This document shows, one piece after another, positions 31,610 to 41,320 of a stretch of DNA of 64,000 nucleotides. The notes below the pieces were generated by a model. That model was not told where the DNA came from and did not search any database. It worked only from the letters and a program-made list of their open reading frames with translations. Origin of the DNA: Actinomycetota bacterium (GTDB taxonomy: Bacteria; Actinomycetota; UBA4738; HRBIN12). A program made the translations under genes and the position numbers. Numbering within the stretch: the stretch's first letter is position 1; every line of letters starts with the position of its first letter. The stretch lies in assembly GCA_040882605.1 (NCBI GenBank), contig JBBEAY010000064.1:659-64658 (forward strand), given 5' to 3'.

Positions 31610-31804
31610 GTGACGAAGGCAAGAGGCACCGACCGCGTCCATTACGGACCGCCGGGAAGCGGCAAGGGCATGGTGACGCGATCGTCGCAGGGTCGTCACT
31701 GCGAGGAACCTGGTTGCACGACGGTGCTGTCGACCTACAACGCATCGAGCACCTGCTGGCTCCACACCGGACCGGCCCTGAAGCATCCGCTCGCCAGATC
31801 CTGA
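31610..31804 (+). CDS. Small C3H zinc-finger-like protein
   Basis: 64 aa with C-x4-C-x12-C-x2-H (CEEPGCTTVLSTYNASSTCWLH); AAGGGGGAA RBS before GTG. Confidence 0.75.
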   Translation: MTKARGTDRVHYGPPGSGKGMVTRSSQGRHCEEPGCTTVLSTYNASSTCWLHTGPALKHPLARS

Positions 31805-31934
31805 TACCCCCACCATCACTTCTGCACCACGAGCTTTCCGCCCCGCGGTACAGTCGGGGCCCTCCCGTGCCGAAACACCAGGAGCGTGCCGGGCATCGCC
31901 GGCCGCCCGAAGTCTGAGCATGGGAGGCAGGTGC

Positions 31935-32912
31935 GTGAGCGACACGATGACCCAAACGGCTGTCGATCGAGTCGGCGCAGGATCGCTGCTCGATCAGGTG
32001 ATCGCGCGGTTCCGTGAGCAGAACCCCGGGTTCCTGATCGGCGACGATGTGATCCGCCGCTATCACCTGGCGATGCAGACCCGCGGGTTCGTGATCCTCT
32101 CGGGCGCGAGCGGCACCGGCAAGACGTGGCTCGCACAGGCCTATGCCGAAGCGATCGGCGCGCGCCCCAAGCTCGCCGCGGTCGATCCGAGCTGGTCGTC
32201 GAACGAAGACCTGCTCGGCTACCTCTCCCCCCTCGACGGCTTCTATCACCACACACCCTTCAGCGAGTTCGTGCAGGAATCCGCCCGCGAGTGGACCTCC
32301 GCGGACCTCGCGGGGCGCACTGCTCGAGAGTTCCATGTGATCCTCGACGAGATGAACCTCGCGCGCGTGGAGCACTACTTCTCGCGGTTCCTCTCGGCGA
32401 TGGAGGTCCGCTCGCGTGAGGGCATCGCGCGACTCGACCTCGCGCCCGGACACACGGTGGAGCTCACGCCCAACCTGCGATTCGCCGGCACGGTGAACAT
32501 CGACGAGACGACGCACGGGTTCGCCGACAAGGTGTACGACCGCGCGCAGCTGCTCGAGCTGCCGCTTCAGCGCGACTACGTCGTGCAGTATCTGCAGGGC
32601 GAGCCGTACGAACAGGTGCTGCTGCAGGTCTGGGACGCCCTTCGGCCGATCGCCCCGTTCGGGTTCCGCGTGCTCGAAGAGGTGCACCACTATGTGGTCG
32701 CCGCAGGCGAGCTCGGGGTGGACTGGCAGATCGCGCTCGACGAGCAGTTCGTGCAGAAGGTGTTGCCGCGCGTGCGAGGCGCCGACGCACGCCTCGACGA
32801 GGGCCTCGAGTCCTTCCTGCAGGCGCTCGGCAGCGGATTCCCGCTCGCGCGGTCCAAGGTCGAATCGATGCGCGAGGATTACGCGACCCATGGTTTCGCC
32901 AGCTACTTCTGA
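31935..32912 (+). CDS. McrB-like AAA+ GTPase without N-terminal DNA-recognition domain
   Basis: Walker A GASGTGKT, DLLGY, Walker B ILDEMNLARVEHYFS, GTVNIDET (NxD), KVYDRA, FGFRV, QKVLPR; GGGAGG RBS. Confidence 0.88.
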   Translation: MSDTMTQTAVDRVGAGSLLDQVIARFREQNPGFLIGDDVIRRYHLAMQTRGFVILSGASGTGKTWLAQAYAEAIGARPKLAAVDPSWSSNEDLLGYLSPLDGFYHHTPFSEFVQESAREWTSADLAGRTAREFHVILDEMNLARVEHYFSRFLSAMEVRSREGIARLDLAPGHTVELTPNLRFAGTVNIDETTHGFADKVYDRAQLLELPLQRDYVVQYLQGEPYEQVLLQVWDALRPIAPFGFRVLEEVHHYVVAAGELGVDWQIALDEQFVQKVLPRVRGADARLDEGLESFLQALGSGFPLARSKVESMREDYATHGFASYF

Positions 32913-33459
32913 GCGGCCTTCCGAGGGAGTGGCCGGGAAAGCGGCCGACAAGGCCGAGGTCCCGATCTCGATCGACGTGCTCCGCAAGATCGTGCGAGGC
33001 GCCGACGGCAGACCTGGGCTCACAGACGTGCTCCCCCAGCTGCAGCAGCGTCACCGGCTCGACCTCGTGCGAGTGGAACGATGGACCGCCGGCGACCTGG
33101 CGCGTCACCCGGAACCGCGTGAGCTCATCCGGAGCCGCCGTCGCCCCGGCAACCTCGACGAGCACGGACGGCTCAAGCGTGTGTACGACTCCAGGCGCGT
33201 ACTGACTCCCGACATCCACGAGAACCGGGTCGTTTTGCATGCCATTCGCGAGGTGCGGAAGTCGCTCGAGTCGAGAGACGAGCCCGAGGCCGTGACGCTG
33301 CTGTTCGAGCTCGAAGCCGCGATCGCGCAGGCTTCCTACCTGAACGACGTCGGTCGCCTCAAGGGACTACCCGGGGTGCCGACCGCGACCCTCGCCGGCG
33401 ATCCTCTCTATCGCACCGTGTACCAGGCTTGGCTGACGTTGCGACGCTCGGCTGGGTGA
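32890..33459 (+). CDS. Short DUF2357/McrC-N-like partner protein, no nuclease domain seen
   Basis: Overlaps the GTPase stop; TPDIHENRVV and PTATLAGDPLYRTVYQAW resemble DUF2357 motifs; ends 7 bp from a convergent gene. Start uncertain. Confidence 0.6.
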   Translation: MVSPATSERPSEGVAGKAADKAEVPISIDVLRKIVRGADGRPGLTDVLPQLQQRHRLDLVRVERWTAGDLARHPEPRELIRSRRRPGNLDEHGRLKRVYDSRRVLTPDIHENRVVLHAIREVRKSLESRDEPEAVTLLFELEAAIAQASYLNDVGRLKGLPGVPTATLAGDPLYRTVYQAWLTLRRSAG

Positions 33460-33466
33460 ACCAGCC

Positions 33467-34324
33467 TCAGGCGCCCATGGGGTGCCAGACGGTCTTGAGC
33501 TCCGTGAAGGCCGTGATCTCGTAGGGGCTCTGCGCGGCCTCGTCGAACGGGTCGGCTCGGGGGGCGCGGTGCACGCGCTTCACGTTCTCTGCGGCGGCGT
33601 ACTCGGTATCGGCGAGCAGGTCGTCGGGCACGCCGGTCACGTCGATGCCGTTCACGTCCATATGGCTCGCCAGCCACGGCACGAGCTCGACCGTGATGCC
33701 GGTGAGGATGTTCACGACCCCGCTCGGCACGTCGCTCGTCGCGAGCACCTCGGCGAGCGAGACCGCCGGAAGCGGCGAGCGCTCGCTCGCGATCACGACC
33801 GCCGTGTTGCCGCTCACGATCGCCGGGGCGAGACGCGAGACGAGCCCGAGCAACGACTGGTCGCCCGGCGCCACGATGCCGACCACGCCGGTCGGCTCTG
33901 GCAGCGTGAAGTTGAAGTACGGGCCGGCGACCGGGTTCGTCGCGCCGACCACCTGCGCGAGCTTGTCAGCCCACCCGGCGTACCAGACCCAGCGGTCGAT
34001 CGAGACACTCACGCCCCTTGCAGGGTCGTCGGCGCCTGTGTCGGCGAGCTCGGCCTCGAACTGCGCGCGGCGGCCCTCCATCATCTCGGCCACGCGATAG
34101 AGGATCTGACCACGTAGGTATGCGGTGGCGCCCGACCAGGCCGTGAACGCTCCGCGAGCGGCGACGACAGCTTCGCGAAGGTCTTTGCGGGAGGCCTGCG
34201 ACACCTGAGCCAACGGCCTTCCGTCGTGCGCCGTGACCTCGTAAGAGCGACCGCTCTCGCTCCTCGGGAACGTTCCTCCGATATAAAGCTTCGCGGTGCG
34301 TCGTACCTCCAGCCTGTCGCTCAT
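33467..34324 (-). CDS. Aldehyde dehydrogenase-family protein (short, N-terminal domain only)
   Basis: KLYIGGTFPRSESGR, WYAGWADK, EPTGVVGI; follows the full-length ALDH. Confidence 0.88.
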   Translation of the reverse strand: MSDRLEVRRTAKLYIGGTFPRSESGRSYEVTAHDGRPLAQVSQASRKDLREAVVAARGAFTAWSGATAYLRGQILYRVAEMMEGRRAQFEAELADTGADDPARGVSVSIDRWVWYAGWADKLAQVVGATNPVAGPYFNFTLPEPTGVVGIVAPGDQSLLGLVSRLAPAIVSGNTAVVIASERSPLPAVSLAEVLATSDVPSGVVNILTGITVELVPWLASHMDVNGIDVTGVPDDLLADTEYAAAENVKRVHRAPRADPFDEAAQSPYEITAFTELKTVWHPMGA

Positions 34325-35805
34325 CGGTCGGCTCCGTCGAACGTCAGGTACGGCTCGAGGCCGTGCAGGCCGCCTTCCCTGCCGAAGCCGCTCTCCTTGT
34401 AACCACCGAAGGGCGACGTCGGGTCGAAGCGGTTGAACGTGTTCGCCCACACGACGCCGGCGCGCAGGCGCTGGGCCATGTGAAGGATGCGCGATCCCTT
34501 CTCGGTCCAGATGCCGGCGCTGAGCCCGTACGGCGTGTTGTTGGCCTTCTCGACGGCTTCCTCGGGCGTGCGGAAGGTGAGGATCGAGAGCACGGGGCCG
34601 AAGATCTCCTCGCGGGCGATGCGGTGGCTCTGCGAGACGCCCGTGAACAATGTGGGTCGGAACCAGAAGCCTCGTTCGGGAAGATCGCACTCGGGCTGGT
34701 AGATCTCGGCGCCCTCCTCGACCCCGGATGCGACCAGCTCCTCGATCTTGTCGAGCTGCGCCTTCGAGTTGATCGCACCGACGTCGGTGTTCTTATCGAG
34801 CGGGTCGCCGACGCGCAGGGTCTGCAGGCGGTCCTTGAGCTTGGCGAGCAGCACGTCGAAGACCGGCTCCTGCACGAGCAGTCGCGACCCCGCGCAGCAC
34901 ACGTGGCCCTGGTTGAAGAAGATGCCGTTGATCACGCCCTCGACGGCCTGGTCGAGCGGAGCGTCCTCGAACACGATGTTCGCGGCCTTGCCGCCGAGCT
35001 CGAGCGTGAGGCGCTTGCCGCTGCCTGCCGTCGCTCGCCGGATCGCCTTGCCCACCTCGGTCGAGCCAGTGAACGCGATCTTGTCGACGGAAGCGTCGAC
35101 AAGCGCAGCGCCCGTCTCACCCGCGCCGGTGATGATGTTCACTACGCCCGGTGGGAGGTCTGCTTCCTGCATCACCTGCCCTAGCAGCAGCGCGGTGAGC
35201 GGCGTGGTCTCGGCGGGCTTCAGCACCGCGGTGTTGCCGGCGGCGAGTGCGGGCGCGAGCTTCCAGGCGGCCATGAGCAGCGGGAAGTTCCACGGGATGA
35301 TCTGGCCCGCGACACCCACCGGCTTGGGCGTGCCGCGGCCGGGGAAGGCGTACTCGAGCTTGTCGGCCCATCCGGCGTAGTAGAAGAAGTGCGCTGCGGC
35401 GAGCGGCACGTCGACATCGCGCGATTCCTTGATCGGCTTGCCGCCGTTCATCGTCTCGAGCACGGCGAACTCGCGAGCGCGCTCCTGTAGCTGCCTGGCG
35501 ATGCGGAACACGTACTTCGCGCGCTCGGCGGGCGCGAGACCCTGCCATGCGGGCGCTGCGTCACGAGCGGCGTCGACCGCGCGGGCCACGTCAGCCGCGT
35601 CGGCCTCCGCGACTTCTGCGAGCGTCTCCTCGGTCGACGGGCTGATCGTCGGGAACCACCGGCCACTCTTGGGCTCGACGAACTCGCCGCCGATGAACAA
35701 CCCGTACCGGTCCTCGAGCCGCACGACATCGGTCGACTCGGGCGCGCTCGCGTACTCCCAGGCGGGCGGCGCACCGCCTGCCGGTCGCTCGATCGCCTCG
35801 CTCAT
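34321..35805 (-). CDS. Aldehyde dehydrogenase
   Basis: IIPWNFP, FTGST, LELGGK, NQGHVCCAGSR, EEIFGPV. Confidence 0.96.
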   Translation of the reverse strand: MSEAIERPAGGAPPAWEYASAPESTDVVRLEDRYGLFIGGEFVEPKSGRWFPTISPSTEETLAEVAEADAADVARAVDAARDAAPAWQGLAPAERAKYVFRIARQLQERAREFAVLETMNGGKPIKESRDVDVPLAAAHFFYYAGWADKLEYAFPGRGTPKPVGVAGQIIPWNFPLLMAAWKLAPALAAGNTAVLKPAETTPLTALLLGQVMQEADLPPGVVNIITGAGETGAALVDASVDKIAFTGSTEVGKAIRRATAGSGKRLTLELGGKAANIVFEDAPLDQAVEGVINGIFFNQGHVCCAGSRLLVQEPVFDVLLAKLKDRLQTLRVGDPLDKNTDVGAINSKAQLDKIEELVASGVEEGAEIYQPECDLPERGFWFRPTLFTGVSQSHRIAREEIFGPVLSILTFRTPEEAVEKANNTPYGLSAGIWTEKGSRILHMAQRLRAGVVWANTFNRFDPTSPFGGYKESGFGREGGLHGLEPYLTFDGADR

Positions 35806-35819
35806 CGTGTGTGCCCCCG

Positions 35820-36779
35820 TCAGTCGTTCGTGAAGTAGTCTGGTCCAGAGTAGTGGCCGGTGCGTTCCTTCTCGAGCTGCATCAGCACGTCGTTGAGCAG
35901 ACTCGAGGCTCCGATGCGGAACAGATCGGGCGTCATGTACTCCATGCCCACCGTCTCGTGCACGAGCACGAGGTGTTGTAGCGCCTGCTTCGCTCGGCGC
36001 ACGCCGCCCGCAACCTTCACACCGACGAGTCGTCCGGTCTGCGCACGGAAGTCACGCACCGCCTCGAGCATGCAGAGCGCCACCGGCAGGGTCGCGCTCA
36101 CGCCGATCTTGCCGGTCGAGGTCTTGATGAAGTCGGCCCCCGCGGCCATAGCGAGCATCGACGCCTGTCGTACCCGGTCGTAGGAACCGAGCTCACCAGT
36201 CTCGAGGATCACCTTCAGGTGCGTCGATCCGGCAGCCTCACGGGCGGCCAGCAGCTCCTCGAACGCCTCGGCGTAGCGCCCACCGAGGAACAGTGACCTG
36301 TTCAGCACGATGTCGATCTCGTCGGCGCCCGCATCGACGACGTCGCGGATCTCGTGCAGGCGCGAGCCGAGCGACCCGAGCCCCGCGGGGAATCCGCCCG
36401 CCACGCTCGCGACGTTGACGCCGGTGCCTCGCAGCTGTTCCACCGTGACGGGCACGTGCTGGGGGTAGATGCACACTGCGGCGACGCTCGGCACCTCTGG
36501 ACGCATCGGATCGGGCCCTATCGCCTTCGCGCACATCGCGACGATCTTGCCGGTCGTGTCACTGCCTTCGAGGGTCGTGAGGTCCATGCACCGGATCGCG
36601 AGCTCGAGCCCCCACACCTTGGTGTCGCGCTTGATCGACCGTGTCGCGAGCGCGGCCACACGTCCCTCGAGGCCGACGGAGTCCACGGCCGCGGCGCGGG
36701 CCACGATGCGCGCGGCTTCCCCTGCGGTCGCAACCGGTTCTGCGGTCGGGCGGGGGGCGATCTCGGCTGATCGGGACAC
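35820..36779 (-). CDS. deoC: Deoxyribose-phosphate aldolase
   Basis: DLTTLEG, GADEIDIV, LKVILETGEL, FIKTSTGK, KVAGG, FRIGASSL. Confidence 0.95.
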   Translation of the reverse strand: MSRSAEIAPRPTAEPVATAGEAARIVARAAAVDSVGLEGRVAALATRSIKRDTKVWGLELAIRCMDLTTLEGSDTTGKIVAMCAKAIGPDPMRPEVPSVAAVCIYPQHVPVTVEQLRGTGVNVASVAGGFPAGLGSLGSRLHEIRDVVDAGADEIDIVLNRSLFLGGRYAEAFEELLAAREAAGSTHLKVILETGELGSYDRVRQASMLAMAAGADFIKTSTGKIGVSATLPVALCMLEAVRDFRAQTGRLVGVKVAGGVRRAKQALQHLVLVHETVGMEYMTPDLFRIGASSLLNDVLMQLEKERTGHYSGPDYFTND

Positions 36780-36841
36780 GCACGCATCGTAACGACCGCG
36801 GAGCGACGGGACCCACCCCCCGAGCGAACGAGCCGCGAAGA

Positions 36842-38047
36842 TCAGCCGTCGAAGATCGCGCTTCCCTCGTCGAGGTCGAAGAAGTGCAGGCGCTCGACGT
36901 CGACCACCAGCTCGAGCGGCTCGCCACGGCGAGCGGTGGTTCTCGGATCGAGCCGGGCCACGAAGCTCGATGTGCCTTCCTCGGCACGTGCCTCGAGCTC
37001 GTCGGCGCCCCCGAGGTCACGCACCAGCTCCTTCGTGTCGTCGGTGACCACGGGCGGCGCGTCGACGGTGAAATGGGCGAGCACCTCGGAGCCGAGCGCT
37101 TCGAGCAGGTCGATCGAGGCGGCGAGCCGCCGGCCACTGGGCGCATCGGATCGCATGCTCGCGTCCTCGAGATCCTCTGGACGCATGCCGACCACGACCC
37201 GACGCCCTTCGTAGGCCCTGAGCGCCGGACGCCGGTCGAGCACGTGGGCGTCGAGCTCCAACCCGTTCGAGCCGAACGTGATCGTCAGCCGATCGCCGTC
37301 GCGATCGAGCGCGGCATCGACGAGGTTCATGGCCGGCGACCCGATGAACCCCGCGACGAACAGGTTCGTTGGGCGCTCGTACAGCACCTGCGGCGCGTCG
37401 ACCTGTTGCAGATGCCCCTGCTTCAACAGCGCGACCCGGTCGCCCATGGTCATGGCCTCGGTCTGGTCGTGGGTGACGTAGATCGTCGTGACGCCGAGGT
37501 GCTGCTGCAGCTTCGAGATCTCGGCCCGCATCTGCACCCGGAGCTTCGCGTCGAGGTTCGACAACGGCTCGTCCATGAGGAACGCCTGAGGCTCGCGCAC
37601 GATCGCCCGGCCCATCGCAACGCGCTGACGCTGGCCGCCCGAGAGCGCTTTCGGCTTGCGGTGCAGATACTCCGTCAGGCCCAAGATCTCGGCCGCGTCG
37701 TGCACCCGACGGGCGATCTCGTCCTTGCTCATCTTGCGCAGCTTCAGGGCGAACGCCATGTTGTCGTGCACCGACATGTGCGGATACAGCGCGTAGTTCT
37801 GGAACACCATCGCCACGTCGCGGTCCTTCGGTGGCAGGTCGTTCACCACGCGCCCCCCGATACGAACGGTGCCGCTGGAGATCTCCTCGAGACCGGCGAC
37901 CATGCGGAGCCCGGTCGTCTTGCCGCAACCCGACGGGCCGACGAGCACGACGAACTCGCCGTCACCGATCTCGAGGTTCAGCCCCGACACCGCCTCGGTG
38001 CCGTCGGGGTACACCTTGGTGGCGTCTTCGATCGTGATCTCGGCCAT
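36842..38047 (-). CDS. Sugar ABC transporter ATP-binding protein (MsiK/UgpC type)
   Basis: [39 protein letters not shown]-type C-terminus. Confidence 0.95.
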   Translation of the reverse strand: MAEITIEDATKVYPDGTEAVSGLNLEIGDGEFVVLVGPSGCGKTTGLRMVAGLEEISSGTVRIGGRVVNDLPPKDRDVAMVFQNYALYPHMSVHDNMAFALKLRKMSKDEIARRVHDAAEILGLTEYLHRKPKALSGGQRQRVAMGRAIVREPQAFLMDEPLSNLDAKLRVQMRAEISKLQQHLGVTTIYVTHDQTEAMTMGDRVALLKQGHLQQVDAPQVLYERPTNLFVAGFIGSPAMNLVDAALDRDGDRLTITFGSNGLELDAHVLDRRPALRAYEGRRVVVGMRPEDLEDASMRSDAPSGRRLAASIDLLEALGSEVLAHFTVDAPPVVTDDTKELVRDLGGADELEARAEEGTSSFVARLDPRTTARRGEPLELVVDVERLHFFDLDEGSAIFDG

Positions 38048-38099
38048 GGGTTCTCCTCGCTCGGCTACCCGGTGATGCGCAGCGCCGCTTCCATGCAGG

Positions 38100-39410
38100 T
38101 CATGGGTTCAGGAAGGACGGAAGGTCGGCGCGCTCGGCTTCCGCCATCTCGTCGAACATCGCCCTGATGTCGGCCGGCGCGCAGACCGCCGACGTGAGCG
38201 GGTCGAGCATGAGCGCCTGCACCGCGAGCTCACGGTCGCGCTCGAGCAGCGCGCTGACTGCGAGGTCGTAGACCTCGAGGTGTCGCCGATCGAGTGCGGC
38301 GAGCTGCGGCGGCAGCGCACCGAACGGCTGCACGTGCATGCCGTCGCCGTCGACGATGGCCTCGACCTCCACCACGCCGCCCGGCTCGAGGTTGTCGATG
38401 TACCCGTCGTTGGGCACGTTCACGTAGACGCTCGCCGGCTCGCCCGTCGCCATCGCCTCGACGATGCGCGAGGGGTACTCGCCGCCGCGTTCCATCGGGA
38501 ACTCCTCGTCTCCGGCGAGCACGCGCGTGAGCCTCGCGTCGCTATCCGCGCGCCAGGTCGGCCAGTTGTTCGCGTAGAACCCGCTCTCCCCCTTGTACTC
38601 GGGCCGTGCGTATCGCGCGAGCGTCTCGGGGTGTGAGCGGAAGTACGGCAGGTACTCGCTCACGTGCCCGCTCGATTCCGTCGGGAACCGCCCGAGATGG
38701 AACATCAGCTCGAAACGGACCGGGTCTTGTTCCCAGACCTCGGGCACGCGGCCTCGCTCCCGCAGCATCGGGTACGCGTCGTCGCCGTCGAGCCAGAGCT
38801 CGGTGATCCAGGCGAGGTGGTTCACGCCTGCCGCGCGGAACGTGAGCCGCGAGAGCTCGACCTCGAGGTACTCGGCGAGCTGTTCGACGGTGTAGTGCAC
38901 CGAGTGGCACATGCCGTACACGCGCATCGCCGAGGCCCGCGACGCGGCGAGCACCATCATCGACATCGGGTTCGTGTGGTTCAGCACGAGCGCGCCGGGA
39001 CAGAGCCGCTCGATATCGCCGAGCATCTCGAGCCACGCCGGGATCGTGCGGAACGCCTTGAACAGCCCGCCCGGTCCGATCGTGTCGCCGATGCACTGAT
39101 CGACCCCGTAGCGCAGCGGGATGTCGTAATCGTGGCGCACGTTGCGCAGTCCTGCGACCTCGATCGTGTTGATCACGACGTCGCTGCCCTCGAGCGCCTC
39201 GGTGCGATCGACGTCGGCCCGAACGGTCCAGGCTCTGCCCGTGCGCTCGATGAGGTGCTCCGAGAAGCGGCGCGCAAGGTCGAGGCGCACCGGGTCGATG
39301 TCGACGAGCCTCAGCTCTCCCGCGGGCAACCCATCGACGCTCAGGAAGTCGGTCACGAGCTCGGCCGTGAACTCCGCGCTTCCGGCCCCGATCAGGGTGA
39401 CTGTGGTCAC
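38100..39410 (-). CDS. Family 4 glycoside hydrolase (alpha-galactosidase/glucosidase)
   Basis: [37 protein letters not shown]. Confidence 0.92.
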   Translation of the reverse strand: MTTVTLIGAGSAEFTAELVTDFLSVDGLPAGELRLVDIDPVRLDLARRFSEHLIERTGRAWTVRADVDRTEALEGSDVVINTIEVAGLRNVRHDYDIPLRYGVDQCIGDTIGPGGLFKAFRTIPAWLEMLGDIERLCPGALVLNHTNPMSMMVLAASRASAMRVYGMCHSVHYTVEQLAEYLEVELSRLTFRAAGVNHLAWITELWLDGDDAYPMLRERGRVPEVWEQDPVRFELMFHLGRFPTESSGHVSEYLPYFRSHPETLARYARPEYKGESGFYANNWPTWRADSDARLTRVLAGDEEFPMERGGEYPSRIVEAMATGEPASVYVNVPNDGYIDNLEPGGVVEVEAIVDGDGMHVQPFGALPPQLAALDRRHLEVYDLAVSALLERDRELAVQALMLDPLTSAVCAPADIRAMFDEMAEAERADLPSFLNP

Positions 39411-40303
39411 TTCGTGCCCGTCAGGGTCAAACCGCGCACGATCCAGCGTTGCGAGAGCGCGAAGATGATCAGCACGGGGATCACCATCAGCACGGAGGCC
39501 GCCATCACGAGGTTCAGCTGCGCGGTGTGCTGCGTTGAGTACCAGGTGAGGATGATCGGCAGCGTGCGCTTGTCCTGCTCGGTCAGCACGATGAGCGGCC
39601 AGAGATACGCGTTCCAGTGGAACATGAACGTCAGCATGCCGAGCGTCGCGAGCGCAGGCTTCAACTGAGGAAGCACCACCGAGCGGAATATGCGCCATTC
39701 CGAGGCGCCGTCGACGCGGGCCGACCAGATCTCGTCGTCGGGCACCGAGAGCATGAACTGCCGCATCAAGAAGATGCCGAACGCGTCAACGAACGCCGGT
39801 AGCACCAGGCCCCACAGGTTGTTGAGCAGGCCGAGCTGCACGAGGATCAGGTAGCCGGGGATCATCGTGACCTGCGCCGGGATCATCATCGTCGCGAGCA
39901 CGAACCAGAACAGCGGCTGACGTCCGCGGAACCGGTACTTCGCGAAGATGTAGCCGAGCAGCGAGCTCGTGAACAACGTGGCGATCACGGTGGACACCGC
40001 GATGAAGGCCGAGTTCCGGTAGAAGAGCGTGAGCGGCAGCTCGGGGTCGTTCAGGATCGTCTGGTAGTTGCCGAGCGTCGCGTCCTGCGGCAGGAACGTC
40101 GGCGGTATCTGGCGCAGCTCGGCGCCTGACTTGAACGACGCGAGGATCATCCAGACGAAGGGCACCGCGGCGATCACGCCGAAGATCGACAGCAGCGCAT
40201 ACAGTGCGGCGCGGCTGAGAACGTGGCGGCGCTCTCCCGGCAGCCGGGGCTCGCGAGTCGCTTCCGCGGGCCGTTCGAGCGGACGGTCGATCGTCGTCGC
40301 CAC
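39407..40303 (-). CDS. Carbohydrate ABC transporter permease
   Basis: EAA-like SARVDGAS, WNAYLWPLI. Confidence 0.93.
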   Translation of the reverse strand: MATTIDRPLERPAEATREPRLPGERRHVLSRAALYALLSIFGVIAAVPFVWMILASFKSGAELRQIPPTFLPQDATLGNYQTILNDPELPLTLFYRNSAFIAVSTVIATLFTSSLLGYIFAKYRFRGRQPLFWFVLATMMIPAQVTMIPGYLILVQLGLLNNLWGLVLPAFVDAFGIFLMRQFMLSVPDDEIWSARVDGASEWRIFRSVVLPQLKPALATLGMLTFMFHWNAYLWPLIVLTEQDKRTLPIILTWYSTQHTAQLNLVMAASVLMVIPVLIIFALSQRWIVRGLTLTGTK

Positions 40304-41308
40304 TCAATACTCCCAATTGGCTCTGAGGAACCGCGACTGAACGATCGAGATCGTGAACACGAGCAGGAAGAGCACCACCGACACCGCCGCCGCCCAGCCC
40401 ATGCGCTGGTAGCGGAACGCGCTCTCGTAGATGTCGAGCGAGAGGGCGCGCGTCTGGTCATCGGGTCCTCCGTTCGTCATCACCTGGAACAGGTCGAAGA
40501 CCTGGAACGCGGAGATCATGGTGAGCACCGACGCCAGCAGGATCGTCGGCTTCAGCAGCGGCAGCGTGATGTAACGGAACGTCTGCCACGCGCTCGCGCC
40601 GTCGACGCGGGCGGCGTCTTTCACCGAGTCGGGGATCGCCTGCAGCGCGGCGATGAAGATCACGAGGTTGTATCCGATGTCTTGCCACAGGTACGCGACG
40701 ATGATCGCGACGAGCGCGATCGGCACGCCGAGGAACACCAGGTCGGGGTCGGTCGTCCACGCGATCGCGGTCACCTTGCCCGTGGCCCGCGAGATCAGTC
40801 CGTTCAACAGCCCCCTCTGCGGGTGCAAGACGAAGCCCCAGATGATCGCCACGCCCACGGCCGAGGTCAGCACCGGCAGGAAGAACACGGTGCGGTAGAG
40901 CACCTTCCAGCGGCCTCGCACCGATTCGACCATCGACGCGAGCGGAAGCGTGATCACCAGGTTCAGCGGCACCACGATGAACGCGAACAGCAGCGTGACC
41001 TTCAGCGCCGTGTGGAACTGGCGCACCTCGAGCGGCGCCGTCTTCGAGAAGTCGAACATGCGCGCGAAGTGCTCGAGTCCCACGAAGGGGTTGTCGAGCC
41101 CGAGGCCGAGGAACGGGCTGCCGGTGCGCCGCGGGCTGAAGTCGAAGAACGCGAGCACGAACGCCCACCCGATCGGCAGCACCAGGAACACCGCCATGTA
41201 GGCGAGCGCCGGTGATAGCACGATCGAGACGAACCGGCGCTGGGCGCCTTCACGCCCGCCGAACCAGCGGCGTTTGCGTCTCGGCTGCTCGATCGTCGCG
41301 CTCGCCAC
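40304..41308 (-). CDS. Carbohydrate ABC transporter permease
   Basis: DAARVDGAS..FRYITLPLL, MTNGGP. Confidence 0.93.
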   Translation of the reverse strand: MASATIEQPRRKRRWFGGREGAQRRFVSIVLSPALAYMAVFLVLPIGWAFVLAFFDFSPRRTGSPFLGLGLDNPFVGLEHFARMFDFSKTAPLEVRQFHTALKVTLLFAFIVVPLNLVITLPLASMVESVRGRWKVLYRTVFFLPVLTSAVGVAIIWGFVLHPQRGLLNGLISRATGKVTAIAWTTDPDLVFLGVPIALVAIIVAYLWQDIGYNLVIFIAALQAIPDSVKDAARVDGASAWQTFRYITLPLLKPTILLASVLTMISAFQVFDLFQVMTNGGPDDQTRALSLDIYESAFRYQRMGWAAAVSVVLFLLVFTISIVQSRFLRANWEY

Positions 41309-41320
41309 GCCGATCGAACC

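Noticed and set aside
31610-31804. Adenylate kinase fragment
   Set aside because: Only the 8-residue loop matches; no other Adk motifs were seen around it.
33467-34324. Truncated ALDH pseudogene
   Set aside because: A short second ALDH after deoC-aldH is a familiar actinobacterial arrangement, and the ORF is intact.
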